DNA from: Nannocystis bainbridge
GTDB lineage: Bacteria; Myxococcota_A; Polyangia; Nannocystales; Nannocystaceae
Assembly: GCF_028368995.1 (NCBI RefSeq)
Contig: NZ_JAQNDL010000003.1
Span: forward strand, 704,001 to 768,000
Reading direction: 5' to 3'
Length of the DNA: 64,000 nt
Both the position numbers and the translations under genes were made by a program. Numbering within the stretch: position 1 is the stretch's first letter; each line of letters opens with the position of its first letter. Of this stretch, positions 17,375-32,777 are shown one piece after another. A model generated the notes under the pieces. It was not told the DNA's origin, did not search any database, and saw only the letters and a list, made by a program, of their open reading frames with translations.

Positions 17375-20300
17375 GTGTCCACCGCCCTCCGCATCGCCTC
17401 GTGGCTGCTCGCCGCCGCCGCGCTGATCCCCCACGACGCCAGCGCCCGCCCCGGCCGCGCCGCCGCGCCGCTGGCCGACCCGGCCGTGCGCGCCGCCGTC
17501 GAGTGGCGCCCGGTCGAGGTCGTGCCGGTGGCGCTGACCGGCCCCGCGCCGTGGACCGCGACCGCGCCCGCCGAGGCCCCCACGGCCACCAGCGCGGTCG
17601 TCGGCCCCGACGCCGGCGCGATCGTCCGCCTCGGCTCCCTCGCGGTCCTGCAGATCCGCGCCGAGCCGGTCCGCGGCGGGGGTCGGCCCGCGCCGCTGCA
17701 GTTCTGGCGCCGCTCCGGCGAGCCCGAGGCCGGCCGCGCCGCCGTGCTCGAGCCGGCGATCGAGGTGGCCCCGGGGACATGGCTTTTGGAACATCCGCCC
17801 GGCGGGCCCGGCGAATGGCTGGTCCACGCCGCCGAGCCGACGCGGATCACCGCCCTCGCCCCCACGCCGCGCACCGGCGAGCTGATCTGGGAGCACGTGC
17901 TCGGGGCGACCCTCGAGTGGATCGATCACGGCGGACCGCCGCCGCCGCTGCCCGACCTGCCGACCTTCGCCGACCTGCGCCGCGAGCTGCTGGCCGACGC
18001 GGCCATCGCCGCGGCCCTGTTAAAAAGTGACCCGAAGGACATGTCCCTTCAGGCAGCCGTCCGGGCCTGGCGCGGCGCCGCCGCGGTCCAGCGGATCACC
18101 GCCATGCGCCCGCCCGGCCGCCCGACCTTCGCGCTCGAGACGAGCCCGCGCCCGCTGGCCGACGCCGCCCCCTTCGACCTCGACGGCCGCCCGTTCCAGC
18201 GCACCGCCGGCCATCGCAGCTGGGACCTCGAGCTGACCGGCCCGGGGGTGGCGTGGATCTCCGCCAGGCTCCTGGGACAGGACCCGAAGGCCAGCCTCTC
18301 GGTGCACGCCGGCGGCCGCCTGTTGGTCCGCGAGCGCCTCGCCCCCGAGACCCCGTGCCTGCCCGAGGCCGCCGAGTGCCGGATCGGCGGCCCCGAGCGC
18401 GAGCTCGCCGTGCCGCTCGCGCCCGGGCTTCACACCTACCGCCTGCAGCTCGACGGCGACGCCGCGCTGCTGCGGGTCCGGACCGGCCGCACTCTCGAGC
18501 GGCTGGCCGGCGCGCTGCGCCGCGAGAGCACCCTCGACCTGCTGCGCCTCGGCCGACGCGCCCTGGCCCGCTCGCGCTCGCCCCGGGCCGCGCTGGTCGA
18601 CGCCCTGCTGGCCCAGGTCGAGGGCCGCCCGCTGCCGACCCTCGCCAAACGCCCGAGCCCGCCGCCGCTGGCCCTGGCCCACGATTGGTTGCAGGCGCAA
18701 CAGGACGACCTGCCGCCGGCCCGCCGCCGCCAGCTGGCCTGGTCGCTGGCCCGCGCCGCCGACATGGTCAAAGACCGCGACCTCGCCGCTCGCGGTCGCG
18801 CCGCCGGCATCGAGCTGCTGGCCGGCACCGACGACGCCGGCCTGGCCCGCCGCCTGCTCGGCCCACGCCCGAGCGAGGCCCCGGCCCGCGCGCTGGCGGC
18901 CGCCTCGCGCCTGCTCGACGGCCCGCCGCTGCCGCTGGCCAGCCCGATGCTGGCGCTGTTCGAGCGGGCCCGCCGGCTCGACCCGTACGACGCCGAGCTG
19001 CGCGCGGCCTACCGCGACCACTGGCAGGCGACGCGCTGGTCGGCGCTGCAGCCGAGCGACGAGGGCCCGCGGCCGCTGCTGTGGATCGAGCACCTGCCCG
19101 CCGACCCGGCCCGGGCCCCGACCAGCGCGTCGCTGTGGACCTGGCCGAACGCACATGTGCAAACGGTCATGGCCCCGCCGCTGCCGGAGGCGCCGCGGCG
19201 ACCGGCGCTGCTGCGGCTGTACGCCCGCGCCTCCGCCGGCCTGACGGTGACGGTCGACGACGCGCGCTGGCGGACCTTGCCGCTGGCGCCGCTCGAGCTG
19301 CTCGAGCTGGCGCTGCCGCCCGGCCCGCACGCGCTCACGGTCGCCGGCCCGAGCGGCAGCGAGGTGTGGTCGTCGCTGCCGCCCACGCCCCCGCGCGCCC
19401 CCGACGCCCGCCTGCTCCGCCTGTGGCGCGCCGACGCCGAGCACCCGGCCCGCTTCGTCCTGCCCGGCGAGCCGGCCCACGCCCGCGTCGACATCCGCGC
19501 CCTCGATGCCGTCACCCCCACCCGCGTCGACCTGATCCTCAAGACCGACACCGGCCTGCGCCGCCGCTTCAGCGTCGAGCTGCGCCCGGTCGAAGGCACG
19601 GCGATCCCGCTCGACGGCAGCCCCCGCGTCGGCCCCCCGACCAGCGTGCTGGTCCCCCTCGACCTGCGCGCCCGCGCCCTCGAGGTCCAGCTCGCCGGCC
19701 CGGGCCCCGCGGTCGCCGTGTCCGCCGCCGTGCGCGCCCCCGGCATGGGCGAACCATTGCCCGGAGCTGTCCCCCAGGACAGCAGCGAGACCACGATCCT
19801 CGCCGGCACAAAAGGACATGCCCCCGAGGACATGTCCTCAAAGACTCTCACCGGTTCACTCGCCGCCGGCACCCCGGGCGAGCCCGGCCCGCCCGCGCCC
19901 ACCGCTCCCGACTCACCTGTCCCCGGGGACAGCCCGATCGAGACCCCGGCCGCCGCGCTCGAGCGGGCCAGCCGCGGCCTGCTGGTCCGCCCGAACGACC
20001 CGGACCTGCTGCTCGTCCGCGCCGGCGCCTTGCTCGACCTCGACCAGCGGACCTACGCCCTGTCCGACTGGACCCGCGTCGCCGCCCACCCGCTGCCGCC
20101 GGTCCTGCGCCCGCGCGCGCTCGCCCTCGGGCGCCGGATCGAGGCGCTCGGCGCCCCCAGCCACATCGACGTCACCACCGACGTGCCGGTCCTCGTCGCC
20201 CCCGCGCTCGCGGCCGCCGGCCTCGACGACCTCGCCCTCGCCCGCCTGGCCCCCGCGGCCGCCCGCGCCCGCGAGGCCGGCCCCGCCGCCGGCCTCGCCG

Positions 20301-22770
20301 CCCTCGACGCCCTCGCGCCCGCGAGCGCCCCCGCCGCGTCCGACATGTCCCAAAAGACACCCGGACGCTCCTCGCCCGCCACGAAGGACATGTCCCAGGG
20401 GACATCCCGAGAGCCCGCCGCGTCCTCCCGCCGCCCCGCCGCGCCTGCGAGCGCCGCCGCCGCCTCCTCGCCCGGGGGCCTCGCTCCGGCTGCCGAAAAG
20501 GACATGTCCCGAGGGACATCCTCGACCTCCCTCGCTCCGGGCGACCTGTCCTCGCGGCCATCCTCGCTGCTCGCCGCGCCTACGGCCGCCGCGTCCTCGA
20601 CCCCTGGCGACCTGTCCTCTCGGACATCCTCGCACGACCTGTCCCCCGGGACAGCCAAAGCCCTCCCATTGAAACCACCCGCCCGCCCGCAGGCCGACCC
20701 GGCCGAGCTCGCGCTGCGGGCCGCCCTGCTCGACGCCGCCGCGCGCCCCGACGAGGCCTTCCGCGCCTGGCACCGGGTCTACGCCGCCACCGATCGCTGG
20801 CAGGTCGGCCTCGCCGGCGTGCGCAGCGCCCTCGCGGCGCTCGACGAGCCTGCCACCAGCCCCGTCGGCGCCGGCCTCGCCTACGGCCTGGCCCTGCGCG
20901 TCCGCCCCGCGATCCGCACCCCCGCCCTCGACCGCCTCGCCAACATCGCCGGCGAGCGCAGTCGCTGGTCGCACCTGATCCTCAGCGAGGAACGCGGCAG
21001 CCGTGAGCACGTCGACCTGCCCAAGAAGCCCGCGCCCGCCACCGGCACCGCCGACACCCGCGCCACCTTGCTCGCCGCCCCGTTCCCGGCCAAGGGCGCC
21101 CTCATGCTGCGCCCCGGCGTGCCCGTGCTGATCGACCTCGCCCGCGGTCACGACGCGCTCGGCTTCGAGCTGTGGTGCCGCGAGGTCCGCCCCGAGCTCG
21201 GCGGCGTCGCCCCCAGCGTGCGCTTCTGGATGGGCGAGGAATTGCTGCACACCCAGGCCGTCGCCGCCGGCACCCTCACCCTCGCCGAGTTCGCGGTCCC
21301 GGCCCGCGACGCCGTCACCCTCGAGCTCGACGACGCCAGCCACGCCTACCTGTGCCTGGCCCGCCTGCGCCGCCCCGAGGCCCGCCAGACCGCCCGCACC
21401 GACCGCTGGCACGTCGCCCGCGCCCGCCGCCCCGTCGAGTTCATCGTCCTGGGCCCCACCACCGTCCAGATCGAGGTCCACGGCCACGCCGTCTCCGACG
21501 TCAGCGTCGCCCTCGCCCGCGGCAGCGAGCCGTTCGGCCCAGCCCGCCCGCTCGGAAGTCTCTCGGGACATGTCCCTTCGGGCCTGGCCCAAAATTCCAA
21601 AGACCTCACCCTGCACCCGCCGATCCAGGTCCTCACCCTCGCCGACTCCGGCCCGCTGCGCATGCGCCTGGCCCCCGGCGTCGGCTCGGCGATGGTGCGC
21701 GTGCACCAGCGGCTCGACGCCGAGGCCGAGCCGCCGCCGCCGCGACCGCCGCGGCGGCGCCCGGCTCGCCTGGCCGAAGAGACAGCTCCACCCGCCCCCG
21801 CGCCGCACCCCACCCCCGCCGTGCCGCCGGACCAGCGCCACGTCCAGAAATTCGGCACCCCCTACGTCGACCTCCACCTCGGCACCGACGACCTCGAGGA
21901 CAGCGACGACCTGCGCCCGCGCGCCTCCGGCATCATCCGCCTCGGCTGGGCCCGCGAGCTGCTGGCGCGTCGCCTGTGGATCGAGGTCAACCCCGAGCTG
22001 CGCCCGCGCGAGGGCACCGCTCTGGTCGCTGGCGGTCGCCTCGGCTTCCAGGCCCTGTTCCCCCGCGCCGGCCTGCGCGCGTGGGTCAGCGCCGCCGGCC
22101 TGGTCCAGACCGAGCACGCGCTGCAGCCGTGGAGCCTGCGCGCCGAGGGTCGCCTCGATCGCCCGACCTGGCTGGCCCCGCGCCTGCAGCTGTTGCCCGG
22201 CCTCGACCTCGCCTACCGCTACCAGTCGCTCGCCGAGGGCCACGGCTTCGCGCGCGGCGAGCTGCACCCGCGCGTCTACCAGTGGTACGTCGAGGATCAT
22301 CCGCTGGTGTTCCGGCCGACCCTCGACCTGCGGGTCGTCGCCTGGCAGGACGCGCGCGTGGTCGTCGGCGCCGACATGATGCCGAACAGCGACTTCCGCA
22401 GCGTCGACCAGGTCAGCATGCACGCCGGCATCGCCGGCGCCCTCGCCCTCTACGGCCGCGTCGTCCCCGAGTTCGCGCTCGACTACGAGGCCTCCCTGCG
22501 GCTCGCCGATCCCGACCGCCAGAAGACCTACCTGCGCAGCCGGATCCTCGCCGGCCTCGGCGTCGGCATCTGGCTCACCGACGGCGTCCGCCTCGCCTTC
22601 GGCGTCCGCAACAACCTCTACCTCTCCTCGCTGTACCCGGCGCGCAACGGCCTCGACCTGTGGCTGCGCCTCGACCTGCCCCTCGGTCGTGGCTTGCGCG
22701 ACTTCGGCCCGCTCGAGATGCCCTTCCGCGCCGCCCGCGAGCACCGCCTGTGGCGCCAGGAGCCGACACC

Positions 22771-22774
<4 letters not shown>
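17375..22774 (+). CDS. 1799-aa exported protein with TPR-like helices and a probable C-terminal outer-membrane beta-barrel
   Basis: AGGAG RBS and GTG start, signal peptide (…LIPHDASA|RP), TPR-like 'RPNDPDLLLVRAGALLDL'. The last ~310 aa are alternating amphipathic strands rich in aromatics. Confidence 0.7.
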
Positions 22775-27336
<4,562 letters not shown>

Positions 27337-27379
27337 CCCGTTGGGGCCGCGAGGTCGACCTGTTACCCTCGCCGCACCC

Positions 27380-28558
27380 GTGCCGACGCCCCTCCGCCTC
27401 ACCCACGCGAGCCTGCACCGCTTCAAGGCGGCCTATGCGCTGGAAGGCGTCCCCCTGCGCCCGTTCAACGTGATCATCGGCCGCAACGGCGCCGGCAAGA
27501 GCACCCTGCTCGAGGGGCTGCAATGGATCGACGCCGCGATTCGCGGCACGGTCAACACCGCCTGCGACCGCTACAACGGCATCGCCGATCTCGTCAATCA
27601 CCGCTACGCAAAGGGCGCTCGCGGCTTCGAGCTCCACACCCGACTGGAGTCCGCCGAGGGAGCGTTCGCCGACCATCATTGCAATGTCGTCGAAGTATTC
27701 GAAGACATCGCGACTGTCGGCTCCGAGCGGCTGCAGATCGGCCGACCCGGGAGCTCGCCGAGCGAAGTCCTATGGACCGAGAGGCACGAGCAGGACGTCC
27801 GCTTCTCCCCGCAGGGCAAGTTCGACCTCAGCGATCGTCTGGCGCTGTCGCGGATCGACGAGTTGATGGTCGATCCCCAGTTGCCCCTCCATGGCTCGGA
27901 CATCGCCGAGTTCTGGAAGAACGCGGTCTTCTTGCGCCTCGAGCCGACCGACCTCGCGCAGGGCGGCATCCTCCGCCGACCCTCGCTCGCGCCGCTGCTC
28001 GACGAGCGCGGCGCGATGTTGCCGGCCCTCATCGACGAACTGGGCGAAGAAGGCCGCGAGGAGCTCGCCGACATGCTGCGGTCGGTGCTCCCCGACTTTC
28101 ACGGCGTCGAGGTCTTTCGCGGCGGCGACAGCCGCAGCGGCAACTACGCGCTCCACGAGGACATCGTCTACCGCGGGCCCGCCGGCAAGAAGAGTTTTCG
28201 GATCCCCTCGTGGATGCTCTCCGAGGGCACCCGGCGCATGACCGCGATCTTCGCCCTGCTCGCCCATCGCCCTGGCCCCAGCCTCCTTTGCATCGAGGAG
28301 GTCGAGAACGGCCTCGACCCGATCTCCGTGCGCAAGGTCCTCGGCTACCTCAAGGAGGCCAGCCTGCGCGGCGTGCAGGTCCTCGTCACCACCCATTCGC
28401 CGTGGCTGCTCGACGACGTCGAAGTGGACGACGTCCTGGTCGTGCGCCGAGCCCTCGGCGACACCACGTACACCCGCCTCGCCGACGATCCTGCCAGTCA
28501 GCAAAGCGACCCGCGCGTCCGTCCTGGCGGGCGCTACCTCGACCTGCTCGAGTCCTGA
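27380..28558 (+). CDS. ABC-type ATPase (AAA_21/AAA_15 family)
   Basis: GTG start, 'LHRFKA', Walker A NVIIGRNGAGKST, signature LSEGTRR, Walker B/D-loop LCIEEVENGLDP, and H-loop VTTHSP. Confidence 0.85.
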   Translation: MPTPLRLTHASLHRFKAAYALEGVPLRPFNVIIGRNGAGKSTLLEGLQWIDAAIRGTVNTACDRYNGIADLVNHRYAKGARGFELHTRLESAEGAFADHHCNVVEVFEDIATVGSERLQIGRPGSSPSEVLWTERHEQDVRFSPQGKFDLSDRLALSRIDELMVDPQLPLHGSDIAEFWKNAVFLRLEPTDLAQGGILRRPSLAPLLDERGAMLPALIDELGEEGREELADMLRSVLPDFHGVEVFRGGDSRSGNYALHEDIVYRGPAGKKSFRIPSWMLSEGTRRMTAIFALLAHRPGPSLLCIEEVENGLDPISVRKVLGYLKEASLRGVQVLVTTHSPWLLDDVEVDDVLVVRRALGDTTYTRLADDPASQQSDPRVRPGGRYLDLLES

Positions 28559-28564
28559 ACGCTC

Positions 28565-29374
28565 ATGCGCATCGCGCTCTTCGTCGAGGGCAGCGCCCCG
28601 CTCGGCAGCAAGGACCACTGCGCCCGCCTGTGGAACGGCACGCTCCTGCCCGCGCTCGGCTGCGCCCCCGTCCAATTCATCGTCCCGATCGGCAAGGACG
28701 CCATCTCGCGGCTCCGTGGCCTCCGCACCAGCAGCTCCGCCCCCGGCCTCGACGCGAAGATCCAGGCACTCCTTCGCAATGAGAAGCTCGACCCCGACGT
28801 CGACGCCCTCGTGATCGCCTGGGACCTCGAGCCGATCGATCGAGGTCAGCGCCGCTGCGCCTGGGACGAGAAGATCGACCTCTATCGCAAGCTCTCGGAG
28901 TCGCCCTTGTTGAAGGGCACCGGTTGGGCCAGGGACGCCGCCCGGCGGGCCGCCGCGCTCGAGCGATTCCGTGGCCTGCCTCCCAGCGGCGCGAACCACA
29001 GCCGCGTCACCCCCGGCTCGGTCCTCGCATTGTGCATGCAGCCGATGTTCGAGGCGCTGCTCGCCCGCGACGGCCGGGCCCTGCGCCGCGCTCTCGGCCT
29101 CACGACCGATCCGGAGGGCTGGCCGAGCGGGTGGGGTCGGTCGGACCTCCGCGATCCGAGCGCCGAGCTGCTCGAACCAGCGATCGCCGCCCTGCGACGC
29201 ATTCGCCCGCGCCCGCCGGTCCGCCGACAGATCCGCGAGACCTGGGCCAACGCCAAGGACGAATGGGGTGAGTACATCCTGCGGCAGCTGTTCGCCGATC
29301 CCGAGCAGGCCGCACAGCTCCTGGCGCACCCGATCGCCCGCCGGCTCTCGCACGTGCTGCCGCGCGCCTCGTGA
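28565..29374 (+). CDS. Hypothetical partner of the ATPase, TOPRIM-like (DUF4276/DUF4435-like)
   Basis: Starts 6 bp after the ATPase. N-terminal MRIALFVEG, a central hydrophobic strand plus 'WDLE', and 'MFEALL' resemble TOPRIM-type acidic motifs. Confidence 0.55.
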   Translation: MRIALFVEGSAPLGSKDHCARLWNGTLLPALGCAPVQFIVPIGKDAISRLRGLRTSSSAPGLDAKIQALLRNEKLDPDVDALVIAWDLEPIDRGQRRCAWDEKIDLYRKLSESPLLKGTGWARDAARRAAALERFRGLPPSGANHSRVTPGSVLALCMQPMFEALLARDGRALRRALGLTTDPEGWPSGWGRSDLRDPSAELLEPAIAALRRIRPRPPVRRQIRETWANAKDEWGEYILRQLFADPEQAAQLLAHPIARRLSHVLPRAS

Positions 29375-30072
29375 CAGCGGGCGAGGGACCGCCGAGGAGC
29401 TCGAGGCGCACGCACGCTCACGCCACCGCGTCCCTTGGTAGGCACGCTGCCGCGTCCGCTCGGGTTCGGTGACATTCGCGAAGCATCGGCCTCGTCGATG
29501 CCTCCACATCCGCGTCGCTCGCATCATCCTCCTCTCCTCGCTGAAGATGCTCCCCGCGCCCGCGGTCCGGCGGCACCCGGCTCCATTGCCCGCACTCTCC
29601 CTCAGCACATTCCGCGCTCGCGGACTCGCATCCATCCCCGGCGAAGCGACCTCTTGCGGCGCGAACTGCCAGGATTTCCCATTCGATGCGGATCAGTCCG
29701 CTCGCCGCCCTCCCTATTTTGACGGTCCGGGGAGAGTCTGCGCCCGCAGAATGCCCCCCCGGTGCCGCTTCTACGCACGTCCGGATCCGCATCAGAACAA
29801 CGTTCAAGCGCCAAATCCTTGAGCTCCGGCTCCTGCGGACTGTGCGCACCACCCCAGATTCCCGCATTTCGCGCACCCTCCCGGACAGCTGTCCAGGAGA
29901 AAAGCGGGCGCAACCGGGCTCGGGTCTCGGCCCCCCAGATTGGCTCCTGAGCCCGCCAAACGCCGTTATCGGAGCGTTCTCCGGACCCTCGCGTCATTTC
30001 CGGGCCTGTTCGCGCTTCGTCACCTTACGATTTTTCATTGCTCGTCGTGCCCCTCTGGATCAGCCAAGGTGC

Positions 30073-30669
30073 ATGCAGCCCCGCAACAAGACCCTCTACA
30101 TGCTCTCCTTCGTGTTCGCCGCGGCCTGCTCGCGCACCTCTCCGGACACCAGTACGCCGGAGCCGGTCGTGGAACCTTCCCCGGCCGCGACTGCGCCGTC
30201 GGAGCGGAACACGGCCGATGACGAGATCTTCGGCGTCCTCGACACCATCAATGGTGAGGCGGTTGCCCACGGCGAATACATGAAGAAGTGGGCCAAGACC
30301 CAGAAGGTCAAGGAGTTCGCCGCCATGATGATCAACGACCACGAATTCGTGCGTGAGCGCGAAAAGAAGGTCCGCGACGCCCTCGACCTGCGCGCCACGA
30401 CCAGCCGGCTCGCCAGCGACATCGAGCAGGATTCGAAGCAGAAGCTCGACACCATGGGCAAGATCGACAAGGGCGACTCGCTCGACAAGGCCTACATCGA
30501 CATTCAGGTCGACGTGCACGCCACCTGGCTGTCCGCGCTCGACAACAAGCTCATCCCCTTCGCGCAGACCGACGAGCTGCGGGACGAGCTCGAGGAAGTG
30601 CGCAAGATCGTCGAGAGTCACTACAACCTCGCGGTCGACATGCGCAACAGCCTCAAGACCGGCAAGTGA
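30073..30669 (+). CDS. DUF4142 domain lipoprotein (ferritin-like)
   Basis: Lipobox FAAAC, with 'VKEFAAMMINDH', 'DKAYIDIQVDVH' and 'VESHYNLA' matching the DUF4142 pattern. Confidence 0.8.
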   Translation: MQPRNKTLYMLSFVFAAACSRTSPDTSTPEPVVEPSPAATAPSERNTADDEIFGVLDTINGEAVAHGEYMKKWAKTQKVKEFAAMMINDHEFVREREKKVRDALDLRATTSRLASDIEQDSKQKLDTMGKIDKGDSLDKAYIDIQVDVHATWLSALDNKLIPFAQTDELRDELEEVRKIVESHYNLAVDMRNSLKTGK

Positions 30670-30904
30670 CGCCTGGCACCCCTGGCTTCTCGCTTGAACT
30701 ACCGCCTCGCTTGAATTGACATCGCCACCGTCACGATCGCCTGGGCCCGCCGTTCGGCGCCCGGAGCCGGGCAGGATCCGCCACCTCGCCCCCGATACCG
30801 ACCCATTAATGCTACCTCGAGCGACCCTTCGAGCCGCGGACGGACACTTCTTACGGTCCACGGCCCTCCCTGCGGATCCTGCCCGGCACTGAGAGGAGAC
30901 CACC

Positions 30905-32143
30905 ATGCTGCGCGACCTCGCCACCGAGAACACCAGGGTTCCGGCCCAGGACTCCGCCCATCGCCCGCTCACCGCGTATTTCCGCGACCTCGCCGAAGTC
31001 AACGTCATGACGAAGGACGAGGAGACCACCGCGGCCCTCAAGATCGCCGACCTGCGCAAGGGACTCTGGGTGGCGATCCTCAACTATCCCCCGTTCGTCG
31101 GCCCGATCTGCGCCCTCGTGCGCCAGCGCCTCGACGACGACACCTGCCCGGTCGACGCCCTCGACGCGCTCGAGACGACCTCGCGGACGCTGCGCGACCG
31201 CGACCTGCGCTGCCACCATGACGCCTTCCACGCCGCGCGCAACGACCTCGCCGTCGCCATGCTCGCGGCCGACGTCGACAACGAGCTCGCCGACGCGATC
31301 CTCGCCGACCTCGACAGCCTCGAGGGCGACCGCAAGGCCGCCGTCGCGCTCGCTGTCAACCCGCCCCGCCGCGGCAGCCTCCCCTTCGCCCGCTTCGCCG
31401 CCGACGTCCGCAAGCAGCACGCCGCGCTGATGGCCGCCAAGAACGCCTTCGTGCGCGCCAACCTGCGCCTCGTCGTCGCCCTCGCGCGTCGCTTCCACCG
31501 CGGCACCGTCCCTCTGCAGGACCTCATCCAGGAGGGCAACCTCGGCCTGATCAAGGCCGTCGACCGCTTCGACCCCGCCCGCGGCTGCCGCTTCTCGACC
31601 TACGGCTCGTGGTGGATCCGCCACGCCATCAGCCGCTCGATCGCCGACAAGGCCCGCAGCGTCCGCCTGCCGGTCCACATGGTCGACGCGTGCAACAAGG
31701 TCACCAGGGCCCGCCGCGAGTTCGAGGCCCGCGAGGGCCGCGAGCCCACCGACAAGGAGCTGTCGGTCGTCAGCGGCGTCAGCGTCGAGCGGATCGCCCG
31801 CATGGGTTGGTCGCTCATCGAGACCCCGCTGAGCCTCGCCCTGCCCGCCTCGCGCGACGGGGAGGCCAGCCTCGTCGACACCGTCGCCGACCCCGACCAC
31901 GTCGCCCCGTCGGAGGTGCTCGACCGCGACCTCATGCACTCCCAGCTGCAGGAGGTGTTCGCCCAGCTCTCCCCGCTCGAGGCCGACATCCTGCGCAAGC
32001 GCGTCGGCCTCGACGGCGAGGACGAGATGACGCTCAAGGAGATCGGCGCCGGTTACTCGCTGTCGCGCGAGCGGATCCGTCAGCTCCAGGAGGGCGCGCT
32101 GGCCAAGCTGCGCGCCGAGTTCTCGCGCCGACAACTGATGTGA
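30905..32143 (+). CDS. RpoD/SigA-like alternative sigma-70 factor lacking region 1.1
   Basis: GAGGAG RBS. Region 1.2 'LTAYFRDL', region 2 'ANLRLVV..DLIQEGNLGLIKAVDRFD..RFSTYGSWWIR', region 3 'GREPTDKEL', and region 4 'TLKEIG..LSRERIRQ'. Confidence 0.92.
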   Translation: MLRDLATENTRVPAQDSAHRPLTAYFRDLAEVNVMTKDEETTAALKIADLRKGLWVAILNYPPFVGPICALVRQRLDDDTCPVDALDALETTSRTLRDRDLRCHHDAFHAARNDLAVAMLAADVDNELADAILADLDSLEGDRKAAVALAVNPPRRGSLPFARFAADVRKQHAALMAAKNAFVRANLRLVVALARRFHRGTVPLQDLIQEGNLGLIKAVDRFDPARGCRFSTYGSWWIRHAISRSIADKARSVRLPVHMVDACNKVTRARREFEAREGREPTDKELSVVSGVSVERIARMGWSLIETPLSLALPASRDGEASLVDTVADPDHVAPSEVLDRDLMHSQLQEVFAQLSPLEADILRKRVGLDGEDEMTLKEIGAGYSLSRERIRQLQEGALAKLRAEFSRRQLM

Positions 32144-32439
32144 CAAGGGCCGTCGGCGGCGCGGCGCGGACCCCAGGTCTTCCCGCTCGCCCGCTTCGCG
32201 AGGTCGATCTTCGCACCCAAACGGGCCGAGCTCCGCTGCTCGCCCGCGGAAACGATCTCCCGCTCGCGTCGCCGACCGGTCTGCCCCTCTCCCCCAAACC
32301 TCAGCGCGCTCCGACCCGGCCCCGCAGCCATGGCCCGGTCGGAGCGCGTCTCTCTTTCTCCCTCTTCTGAGATGAAGAGGAGCTGTCCCCCAGGACAGCT
32401 CTCCCTCTCCCCCACCTCACGCGCTCCGGTCGGCCCCCA

Positions 32440-32534
32440 CACCCACGGCCGGCCGGAGCGCGCCTCCGTTCAAGCTCTGTCCCCCGATTCGCCCCGCACC
32501 CACGCCGGAGCGCGCCTCCGTTCAAAGCTCTGTC
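32440..32534 (+). repeat. Intergenic ~30-40 bp direct repeat (2 copies)
   Basis: gccggagcgcgcctccgttcaa(a)gctctgtc at 32452-32481 and 32504-32534, each preceded by cacccac. Confidence 0.75.
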
Positions 32535-32669
32535 ATCGACCTGTCTCTCGGGACATGCCATGCTCCAGCGCGCCGCTGGAGCACGGCAGCCAGCGGCTGC
32601 CGCGCACGCTCGCTTTCGCGGCTCCCGCTCCGGAATCACCTGTCCCTCGAGACATCCGGTGATTCCCGC

Positions 32670-32700
32670 GTGGCGAATCGCCACAGTCGCGATTCGCCAC
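32670..32700. promoter_or_regulatory. Perfect 12-bp inverted repeat upstream of the esterase gene
   Basis: GTGGCGAATCGC-cacagtc-GCGATTCGCCAC, 77 bp upstream of ATG 32778. Confidence 0.5.
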
Positions 32701-32777
32701 ACATTCATACCTCCCCGGAATTCGCGCTGGGAGCTCCACGCAGGCGCCCCGCGGCCGCTTCGGCTACTTTCCGCCGC

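Noticed and set aside
29375-30072. ORFs in the 700-bp gap after the ATPase pair
   Set aside because: No coherent protein features or codon bias in any frame. Treated as intergenic.
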